In this document: positions 49,343-59,934 of the stretch, in pieces
Layout: the number at the start of each line of letters is the position of its first letter
Position numbering within the stretch: position 1 is the stretch's first letter
Origin: Dimorphilus gyrociliatus
Taxonomy: Eukaryota; Animalia; Annelida
Direction of reading: 5' to 3'
DNA length: 64,000 nucleotides
Assembly: GCA_904063045.1 (NCBI GenBank)
Contig: CAJFCJ010000003.1
Span: 2,342,504 to 2,406,503 of the forward strand
The notes under the pieces: model-generated
What the model was told of the DNA's origin: nothing
The model's input: only the letters and a program-made list of their open reading frames with translations
Databases searched by the model: none
Made by a program: the position numbers and the translations under genes

Positions 49343-50920
49343 TTAATAGTCGTAATATACCATTTCTTTTTGATTACTTGAAATACCTAGAACACTTTTT
49401 GATAGCTGATTCTGCTTGTTGTTTGATGGGCTCCCCCCAAAGTTTGATCTATAACTAGGACCCTTATTCATATTGACACTTGAGTACTGAGGAAAGTTTT
49501 GAACATTTGACATATTTGGAGATGAAAGACCCAAGTTTTTATCTCTAAATTAGATTAGTAAAATAAGATGATTATAAAAATACAAAATTTATCAAACCTC
49601 GTTTTTAAGTAAGCTATTGCAACTATAACAATTATTGTAGCCAACAGAGTCACAGCAACAACTACAGATATTACAACGAATAATGGTTTTTTGCCCTGAA
49701 GTATATCAAAAAGTGCAAATATGATGTATGCTGGCATATACTCTATTGAATTCTAGTTAAATAACTAAAAACAACCTTGATAGCTCTCCTAGGATTTTGA
49801 CCAATTTCAACCTGTAACCATGGAATAAATTTTCTATAGTTATTATGATACAAATATACTTACAGAATCGGTTGAATCAGTTAAAAGCTCATCATCATCA
49901 TCTTTGTCGAAAGGTAGTTTAAAATCTTCAATATCTTCGCAGTATATACCAGTGTATCCTGTTGGACAAATACATATCGGTTTGTCCTGGACCATTTCAC
50001 AGCTTCCTCCGTGTAGACAATTTAAACACGTTGAATTGTCACTCTCCTTTGCACTTTTGTCTTTTATATTACAAAACTTTCCTGTCCAACCTAAATTATA
50101 AAAAAAGTCTCTTAAGTTCTATTTTATAAAATTAAATTAATTTTAAAAACCTTGAGTACATATTAGTTTACCGGTATTGTCGCAGATGTATTGAGGTTTC
50201 CCCTCAGAATTACAATATTTCGAACAGTCTGAATTGTAATACTTCTGTTTACAATCTACTTGATATTGAAATGTTACACTGATTTTAAAGAATAAGATAA
50301 AGTAAAACATCCAAATTCATTAATATTGTAATCATACTTTATCATAAATTTGTTGTCTTTACATATCACATTGTATTTATTATTATCCGTTTTCTTTTTC
50401 AATTTTACAGGAAAATGCCCAAAAAAGTACTTATAGTCAGATGGATATTTTAATGTAACTGACAATTCAAGATACACAACATGACTCGAAGGCTGTAAAA
50501 TGAGATATTTATGAATTTTAAGGATAAAATGTTAAATAATTTTCTTTATCTTTTAAACGATTAAGATACCAACATAGTAACCAGGTAATTCGAATAAATA
50601 TTGCGCTCTTTCCAAGAACAGACCTTCAACAAGATCACCAGTGGCTAATTCAAATTCATTTGATTTTAATCTTTTGAAACATCCTACAGCAGTAGTGGCA
50701 TTACGAGAATTATAAGCGCACACATTTAGCTCAAAAGTCCACATATTCCGAGGAACATCAGACTGCGCTCTTAAGAAAGTCATTAAAATTGACCATTGAA
50801 ATGTTAAAGGTATAAACTAAAAATGTATTTATATGTAAAAGAAAAAGTATAATTTTCTTAAATATTATTAAAACATACAGAAAGAATTTCAAAAACTGGT
50901 ACAAATATTTTCCATTTCAT
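49343..50920 (-). CDS. Divergent Delta-like Notch ligand: signal, MNNL-like region, DSL, one EGF, TM, short tail
   Basis: [10 protein letters not shown] (MNNL-like); [39 protein letters not shown]|GWTGKFC; [34 protein letters not shown]; [28 protein letters not shown]; tail ends EMVYYDY*. Assembled across about 8 exons. Confidence 0.75.
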
Positions 50921-51132
50921 AATTTCTGTTATTAAATAATTTATTGAAAAGTTGAATAGTTTAAAAATTTAAAATATTCAATTAAATAGTCAAGTTTGTT
51001 TTCATCTCTGTTGAAATAACTATATATCTTATTATAAAACTGTTTTAACTTCTCTCTTTAATTGGACGGAAAAGGCAAAGCAGAATAAAATCTTCAGTTT
51101 GAGGGATATACATATTTCTAAACCGAAGTTAT

Positions 51133-54100
51133 TCAAAGTTTTTTTACAATTCTTTTACTGTTTATGCATTTATGTAACCACTCTTCAGTTCTGTACTTCT
51201 TATTATCAGAATTTTCGTCACTTATGACATAATCAGCGCTATCTTTGTCTGTATCTTTTACGAGTAATCCTCCAAAAGCTATTATGTAACGTTTCAGCTG
51301 TTTATAATTTTCTAATTCTTTCTTAATAAAGAAAGTTGCGTCCTTGAAGTAATCTGGTAGTTTCTGTTGTTTTGTTTGATTAAAGTAATTAATATCATTC
51401 ATATAATAGTTAAGGTACAAAACAGCTTAAATTACATTTTTTGGTCCGAAATAGGTTCCAGATTCTGTATCTCCTGATCCGTTCGCCTCCTTTTTAGACT
51501 AGAGAGATAAAAGAAAATTTACTCATAAAAATTATCTCAAAACTACGAACCTTTACGGAATCATCCAGTTTTCTTCTCTTCGGTGCAGATTCACCGTCGC
51601 TATTATCATCTATTGTATCTTCATCCTCGCTATCTTCTGCTTCAGCACCAGGAATAACTATATCTGTGTTTTTTTTAGATTCTTCAAATAGTACTTTCAA
51701 TTGTTGGAGACTCGTTGCTTCTTCCCAAGACTTGTCGTCTCTTCTTTTTGTACACCTTGGAAACCTTATGGAAATACCATCAGCTGTATGAGCCTCAGAC
51801 TTACTAAATTCAGTTCCAGTGACCTCCCATACTGGAGCATTCTTTGGATCTCTAACAACAAAGTCAGGAACATATCCATTGCTAACTTTCAACCAAGAAG
51901 GTACCTTTCCCTTATCTTGCGAAATTTTAATAACATCTAGTTCACTTTGCAGTTTATCTAGCGTTTTATCGTCAAATCCTGAACCGCACTTTGTAACTGT
52001 TACCCATTTCTTTTCATCAGAATCGTAAACACCCATCAAAAATATAGACATAAGCCCTCCCTTTGTACCTGTTCCAAAATAAGCTCCTAATACCACTAGA
52101 TCAGCTGTATCTGCCATTGCTCCAGAAGCTAGATAGTCTTTTTTAACTTTTAACCAATGCCTTTTTCCAGGTTCATAGATGCTCTTTGCATCTTTTAAAA
52201 CAAGACCCTCTAGTTTTTCATTAAACACTCTGGTTAATAAGGATCTTAAATCGGCAGCTTTCTTTATCTTATGGTTTTCTGAAAATAAAATTCTGTTTGG
52301 TATCTCTATCATACTATCTTCCAAAAGCGCTCGTCTTTCTTTTAACGGTCTATCCATTAGGTTTTCCCCTTTGCAAAGTAAACAATCAAAAATAAATAAG
52401 CACACGTTTGCATCCTTGAAAGCAGCTTTCTTGTGGACTCCTAATGTACCGAAGGGCAGCGGCTTGGACGTTTTATTATCAATTAGTAAAACCTCACAAT
52501 CCAAAATTAAATCTGATATTCCAGGAAATGCTTTAGGGATGAATTCTTTAAAATGTGATACTTTGTGAGCCTATAACATAAGAAAAATGTCAGCAAATTT
52601 TCTAATGTTAAAGAAAAAAAAAGACAAAGCAGTACTTGAACTGGCTTCAAACTTCTGGAAAAATAGCAAAATTTATCACCACTTTTATGTAGCTGAACTC
52701 TCTCCCCATCATATTTAATCTCAGCAAACATTCCATTTGGACATTTAGCCATTGCCGATTCGATTGACTTGCAAGCTTCGGCGAGCATAGGTTTCACGGG
52801 AGTCATTAAACAGGCTTTTATACTTAATTCCTTAACCAATTCTCCACTTCGTCTTTTTATTACTCTATCTACGACATCTTTTAAATTATGAGATGCCTTA
52901 AAGGCTTCATAAGCATTGGGATCTAAAGCGTCCAAAATATGCTTGGCTCCAGCATTTATTCTCAAATCATGCTTGATTAAGCGAATGACCATTTTTAAAT
53001 CGTTGTATGTACATTTGGAAGCTATGTTCTTAAGACAGCTTAATTGTTCATCTTCTTTCGTTCTAGTGGACAGATTCTCTAACATATTATCAAGTTCCTG
53101 ATTGGTTAGAGTACTCTTCTTAACAGGCTTTAATTTGCTTGATTTCTTAAAGAAAACTTGAATAGTATCGGCCACATCGCCTTTTTCCAAATCATTTACC
53201 ATTTCATCCAAATTTGTTTGAAAGATCTGTGAGAGGATAAGAATACCGCTGCATTATACTATATAGACTTTTGACAATAGAATCAGAACTAACCTGACTA
53301 AATAATTTAACTAACTGTTTATTGTTCAAATTGTATACTCTTTTCACAACTCCCGGAAGTAGAAGTTTAAATAATAGGAACAAATCTCCGTCAAATTTAT
53401 CTAATTAAGATTGGAAATCTTAATTATTAAAATTGATTTTACAAAGCTATCGATACCTTTTTGGATGAAATTTTTAACAACTTCCGTCTTTGCCAAGTAG
53501 CCACTAACTTCTGCAATTCCAGCACATAATTTACGATATTCCCGAAAATTATCACATCTTCCAATAGGTATGTCCGGATCTAGAGGGAGCGGAGGTGTTA
53601 TAGATCTTGACGGTTCCTGCTTTTTTTCTGGTTTTTTAATTGGTGATCCTCCTGTTTTCTTTAAATCTAATTGAGCTTGTACCAGTTTCTTTTTCTTCGA
53701 TGGAGATTGTGCCCTTTTTTCTAATGTTTCTAAGTAGATTTGTAAGGGCGTATTATGTAATCTTAAGAAAGATCTTATTTGTAATCATTTCGAAATATGT
53801 ATACCTTTAATTAACTTTGAGATTGTCTTTTTGTCTTCATCCTCTAAATCACCAAAGCAATCGATATCTTCCTCTTCTTCGATTATTTTGGTGGTAGCCT
53901 TAGCTTTTAAGAAAGATTCAAATATACATACTGGGTGAAAGTAACTTTTCATTAAACTGCCATCATCGTCTCCAGCGAAATAATTTGATGTTAACTTGGC
54001 TACTCTAAGACTCCCTTTTTCGAGTTTAGTCTTGCAACGTTTACAATTAGCAACTCGTTTAGCATAGTCAGCAAGAAATACTTTTCCGTCTGCCATTTCG

Positions 54101-54180
54101 TAAGTTTGTGAACTGCACGAAATTTTCAATATACAAAAACTACGATGGTGCCATCTAGTTGGACACATTCCGAGAAACAT
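51133..54180 (-). CDS. LIG3: DNA ligase III (alpha form with BRCT), with an upstream in-frame ATG
   Basis: PARP-type zinc finger (ADYAKRVANCKRCK...FHPVC) from ATG 54096; adenylation motif EIKYDGERVQ; EGLVLKD, WLKVKKDY, SIRFPRC; C-terminal BRCT LPDYFKD...LKRYIIAFGG...EWLHKCI. Confidence 0.96.
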
Positions 54181-54189
54181 ACACCTCTG

Positions 54190-54197
54190 CCGGAAGT
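54190..54197. promoter_or_regulatory. ETS/GABP site CCGGAAGT in the LIG3-SNX3 bidirectional promoter
   Basis: Exact CCGGAAGT within the 63 bp that separate the two divergent ATGs. Confidence 0.55.
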
Positions 54198-54243
54198 TTC
54201 TATTCACTAAGAATCATAGTGATAAACTGGTAGTGGTTCTAAA

Positions 54244-55181
54244 ATGGCCAACAACGGGGCTACAGCAAAAATTCCAGTTAAAAAACAAACACTGGAAGAT
54301 GCCTACTCTCCTCCAGCTAATTTCCTAGAAATAGATGTTATTGACCCTCAAACCCATGGCGTTGGCAAAAAAAGATATACGGATTATGAAGTTAGAATGA
54401 AAGTGGGTGTTTCCTATTAATTTCATCAATTTTGAACATATTTATCAATCTTCAAACTATTTTTATTTGATATATTATGCTTTTGATGTAACGTTATAAT
54501 GTCAAAATGATTAAATTAAATGTTTGTGAAGCTGAGAATGGATGATAATGACTCATCAAATTTTTTCAGACTAATTTGCCGGTGTTTAAAGTAAAAGAAT
54601 CGAGCGTTAGAAGGAGATATAGTGACTTTGATTGGTTAAAAGTCGAACTTGAAAGAGATAGCAAGGTTTGTTTGGTGGCTTTTTCATAAAAAATAACAAT
54701 TCTTATTTAAAAAAAAGTTCTTATTTTACACTTAATAAACAAAAAACAATAAAATAATAGATTGTTGTCCCGCCACTCCCACCGAAAGCTTGGTCAAGGC
54801 AACTTCCTTTCCGAGGAGATGATGGCATTTTTGAAGATGAATTCATCGATGAACGTCGTAGGGGACTAGAAACATTTATCAACAAGTAAATATATGTTAT
54901 ACATATAAACTTTTTACTTTCGATCGAATTACTCTGATAAATTAGGTTTTCAACATAAATAATGATGAGTAGTTAACATTCAACCTATATACCAATTAAA
55001 CTCATTTACTTTATTTATAAACACCTAAGTATGTTTACAGATTTTTATAGTTTTTTCTTTTGTTATCCTTTATAGAGTTGCTGGCCATCCATTAGCGCAG
55101 AACGAAAGATGCCTTCACATGTTCTTGCAGGAACCAGTTATTGATAAAAACTACATTCCTGGAAAAGTTCGACTAACTTAA
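54244..55181 (+). CDS. SNX3: Sorting nexin 3 (PX-only, 4 exons)
   Basis: AYSPPANFLEIDV, RYTDYEVRMK|TNLPVFKVKESSVRRRYSDFDWL, |IVVPPLP, FIDERRRGLETFINK|VAGHPLAQNERCLHMFLQ; stop TAA at 55179-55181. Confidence 0.97.
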
Positions 55182-55529
55182 GGAATGAAGAAATTTAACG
55201 AAACGTTAAAAAAATACTAAAACAAAAAAAAATTAAAAAAGAAAGAAAAGCGTCAAGAAAATCCCCTGTTATCGGCAGTGTTGTAATTCTTTTTAGCCGA
55301 AATTCAGCGCTTATGTATAGGTAAATATTTGTGCTTTATAATAATGTCATTGAGAATCAAGTAATAGAATTATGCGTTTCTCTATAACGCTTTTTTTGCG
55401 ATTTTCAATAAAATACTCGCAATATTTCATAATTTTTCTCTTTTTTTCATCCTGATGTTATATTTTAAGGCATTAAAAGTTTAAAATATTTACAAAAAAA
55501 AAGACAATGAGTTATTATTGCATGAATAT

Positions 55530-58500
55530 TTAAAGAGATAAATTTTGTTCTTTTATTCTTATCCAACCAAGATAATTTTTATCTGCTTCATTGTAAATTT
55601 CTATTAAAGATGGAAAGAGACCAACAAGAATTTTTAACCCTGGAAGTATAGCGTTTGCAAAGAGTTCAATATGATTATTTATAAGATCTTTCTCCCGGTA
55701 TAATTTATCATATCTTCCATTAGCAGCTTTAAATAATTCATCTTCTTTATTCATCTCGGATTCTAGAAGATCACAAGCGATTCTATGCTCCTCCCAAGGT
55801 AAACAACAATAGTAAAGATTTGATAAACTTGATATTAAACTTATAATACGTTCCTTCCAAGTTGTATTTTCTATATTCATTTCTTCAAGGTTTGCTAAAG
55901 CTGCTATATCATTTACAACTCCTACCAAATTATTTTGTCTTGTTGATAAAATACATAGTCTTATCGTCTTCAATACTTCTTCATAATCAGTTTCATTAAG
56001 GTCATAGAAGATGTTTATTTCTGAATTTTGCAGTAACAAGTAGGTTATTTTTAGATGATGTTGTTCTATTATTGAGCATTTGTAGATTAAAGACATGGGA
56101 TCATTCGTTGATTTTAGATAATCGTTGTTGACGCCTCTGTGATCGATATGAAGGCATAGACACGCAATGAAGATCGCTTTAACTTGAATAATAGGTAATT
56201 TAACATCGCCTCTAATCTTTTTCAAAATGGTATAAACAAAATGAGCAGTTCGGCAAGCATTCTTCCAATTATGAAATGGTACAGGCCTATAAGATTTTTT
56301 AGCTGACAGTATAAATCCAACTAATTTGTTTAGTTGAAAGCCGTTTGGTCCTAGAAATTGAATAAAAATTGATTATTATATATAATTAACATAAAAATCT
56401 GTAAAAAAAAATATAGAATCTTTCATTTATTCTTATCTCGTTTTTAACGTAAACCTGCTAGCTGTTGGCACATGTAGATAATAAGTTGGGGTAGTATGTT
56501 CTCGCAGTCATGAAAAGTAAACGAATGATTATCTATATTATCGGGTATTTTGACAGGATTAAGGATGGCTTTACTTTTAATAGCTGCTTGAATATCCTCA
56601 CCGCACCACATGTGATGCGAAAGTACATCCTCACAAATTTTTGTAGTATAAGCGTTCATTTTCAATTTGTCTACTAGTTTGGAGTAGTTAATAATCAATT
56701 TTAAATGAGCCTCAATTGACTGTATAGTCTCAATGTCATTAGAAGTAAAACCGCCTTCAAAGTTCCTTTTATTTATTAACTCTATAACAGCTACAACCTT
56801 GTCATTTTCCTTTTTCAAAAAACAATAAAACCATATCTATATTTGTTTGTCATCTGATAAAGTTTATAAATACAAAATGTTTGCTAGTTAATCTAAATGA
56901 TAATTTGTTTATGTATAAGCTATGAAAATATTAGTATCCCTTTGAATAGTCATAGTTAAAGCGCAACGAAATAAGATGATTTTTTTTATACAATTCTAAA
57001 AGAAAATCTGATCAAGGAAGAGAAATTTTTCCGATTAACCATGCAATTACCTTGATTGGAAAAGCCAGGATATTTCTTGTAAAATGCCCGTCAATTTTCT
57101 CATCGAATCTACTATCGCGAAGGACGTTGTTGATTCTAACAAGTTCACACTTTCGAGCAACGTAACCGGCTATACCTTCTTCTAAAGAAAATTCGATTCT
57201 TTTATCATTAGAGATGGATGATATCACTCTATCTTCTTCTTCGACTTGATATATGATGGATTTCTCAGCCCCTATTAATTTATCAGTGATAAATGTCTCT
57301 ACATATTCAGGTAGAAGAGGTAAATCAAAGGTATCAGTGAAAGAGTTGTAATGAAAGTTTAGTAAGTAATTATTTAATTGATTTTGCTTTTCGGAAGAGA
57401 AATTTGCCTGAAGATAAAGAAATATGATATTTATCTTTGCACTGATATAAGTATATATAAAAGAAAAGGAAAAGAGTTAAAGAATGTCATCTAACATGAA
57501 GTCGATTAAGTAAAATACCAAACCAGGCTGAAACAGTGATAACCAATCGTAAGTGCCACTGTGAGAACGGATTCTTATCAGAATTCTTCTGAAACTGTAT
57601 AATATCTGTCAAAAAGGGAAACAATTTACAAACGAGCATATTGAATTTAATATAAAGCCGATTAATACACAAAATATCGCCTTTAGGAAGACATATTGGT
57701 GCAGCTATGACAGATTGTTTAAACAAAGAATTCATGCATGGAATATTCTCTGGGAATCTTTCATCTAGAGCAACATCCTTAGAAAATATTACTTCTTGAT
57801 TTATTGCAGAATAAGCTGCAACCGTTGAGTTTTTTTTTATCTCTCCGTAAGGTATAAATGACCATTTTCTATGGGATTGAAAAGAGTGAATTACTATGTA
57901 GATCGTATCTACATTTCTGGAAGAGAGAAAATGATAATAAAAATTTAATAAGTGTAAACTTTGTTTTCTTGTTGAATGTATATGAATACAGATCTTTATC
58001 CTAGAGAAGAAACAAGAGAGATAACCTATATATTAATATATAAATAAGCTACTAACGCCAGAATACCCAAGAATTATTAAATCAAACTGATCAGCGTTTA
58101 TACCTGTTAATTAATGATTATCTAAGAAAATTATTAAATTGCTAATCAAAAGAAATACGAACAAGTCGATAGTAAAGAAGTCATGTGATACGTGTGCCTA
58201 TGTAAATTACGCCTGGTCTCCAATTCATTATCAGCGTCCCTAAGAAGTTTTTTCTGTACTTGCTTTATTTTCTTTTCCTTGAACTTAAAACGAAAGAAAA
58301 ACACTGTGATTTTACATCTAAGACAAATACAACAAAACATACAATATCATCACATAAATCATCGTCTAATTCATCTTTCAACACTAACTTCTTTTTTCTT
58401 ATTAACCAGTTTTTTATTACCTCTAAAGGTATACAATCAATAACATACTGCTCCAACATTTTCGGATTCATTTCCATAAAGTTTCTCATGCTAACAGCAT

Positions 58501-58764
58501 CTTCATCTACGAAAATATAACAGATAGATTGAAATGAATTACAGAGTAAGATGAATATGTCATCAAGTTGGGAAATGTTGGTATTAGAATAAAGGAACAA
58601 AGTAAGAAATGGATTATAAATATGTTAAAAATGTACATAAGAAATGTGTACTTACCATAACGAAATCTTTGCTCTTTGCTATGTTTTTTATCGACATATG
58701 TCAATTTATGACCGGGCAACGGATTTTTCTGGACAGTTGATAGTTGACGGCTTGCATCCACCAT
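55530..58764 (-). CDS. PDE10-like GAF-GAF-PDEase protein with a degenerate active site (probable pseudo-phosphodiesterase)
   Basis: PDE10-type N-terminus (FMEMNPKMLEQYVIDCIPLEVIKNWLIRK), GAF-A (STVAAYSA...DERFP...SVIAAPI), GAF-B (FSLEEGIAGYVAR...TRNILAFPI...LINK...FTSNDIE), catalytic exon with YRPVPFHNWKNA and IACLCLHIDHRG. Confidence 0.85.
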
Positions 58765-59285
58765 TTACAAGTATAAATTTTATGAGATGTGTTTTACTTT
58801 ATTGTTATTATTTTTAATTTAAAGTATAAAAATGATGTAAGTATTAACTGATAATAATCTTCCTTTAATTGTTTTGTATTAATTTTGCAGTTGTATCTTT
58901 TAAATTGTAGGGTAAGTTCGGTTTTTTAAATATTTCTTCTTTATACATTAAAGTTAGGAAAGCTTTGTTTCATTTAATGCTGAACTATTTAACGAATTTC
59001 ATCGTTTTCATGATATTTTTTCCAACCGACTTATTGATTTTCTCTCTTTTTTTTATATGTAAACGATATGTGTGAAACACTTAAGTTTTGGCTTTGATAG
59101 TCATAGGACGAGGCAGGATTTGTGTAAGAATTTCTTTATGATCTTATTCATTTTATTAATAGAGACTATATAAAAGCACATGTTTGAGAAAGTTTATAGT
59201 TGTAGTAGCTTTTAAACGGTATAATTAGAATACTATTTACGATATTTGAGTTTGGTCAGTTTGCCCAGTAGACTAACGAATAGGA

Positions 59286-59451
59286 AGAGAGACCGCGCGA
59301 ACGCAAGATCTCTCACTAACAAAAATTACGCGGCCGAATTGACCCAATGTGGGACAATCGCAGAGTTCAGCCAATCCCAGTGCAATGAAGGGCCTCGCTC
59401 CGAAGCCTCGCGCCTTCGTGATCACGCGATGACTCTCCGCCAAGTAAGTTT
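59286..59451 (-). ncRNA. U1: U1 snRNA (variant 5' end AAACUUACUUGG)
   Basis: Loop I GAUCACGAAG (U1-70K site), loop II CAUUGCAC (U1A site), stem III, helix H, Sm site AAUUUUUG and stem IV with a UUCG tetraloop; about 166 nt. Confidence 0.95.
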
Positions 59452-59512
59452 AACGGCTAAGAGCTGTCATTTGCTTAAAGAGTGATCTGGCTTGATACAC
59501 ATTTCATATCTC

Positions 59513-59520
59513 ATTTGCAT
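59513..59520 (-). promoter_or_regulatory. Octamer ATGCAAAT in the U1 promoter
   Basis: Exact octamer at -69..-62 relative to the inferred U1 start. Confidence 0.5.
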
Positions 59521-59934
59521 ATTAAGCATTGTTTTAGCTTTGGATTGTATTTTCGAAAGTACCAATAAAATGTGCTTATTTAGCCTCATTTTCAATCACA
59601 AATTTCACATTATCTTATTATTATGTAACAAATTGGTAAAAAATAAATTTTAGGGAGTTTTTACGAAAATACAATGGCGGCATCTGGTGGCTTTTTTACA
59701 ATATAATGGTAAAACGTAAATTTTCTACCAGTTTAGTCAAAGTTTAAATTTCATGATAACTATTTCATTTTAAACAAATAAAGTTTATTTGTGCTAAAGC
59801 AGGATTTCCTTGTGGATATAATCGAATTTACAATATGTCAACAAATGGAAACTTTATCTCAACAATCGAAGCAAACTCAGCTTTTTTTTGAGCGATATTA
59901 TCTTACTCTACTTCGTTGATATAGTTTTTGCAGA

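Noticed and set aside
54403-54569. C/D-box-like words in SNX3 intron 1
   Set aside because: The C box is imperfect, the spacing is too short, and there is no guide complementarity or terminal stem.
27667-55181. Co-location of trafficking genes (NSF, CI-MPR, SNX3)
   Set aside because: They are interspersed with unrelated genes on both strands, which is expected by chance in a gene-dense genome.
59246-59485. 79-aa plus-strand ORF
   Set aside because: It is the antisense of the U1 snRNA gene.
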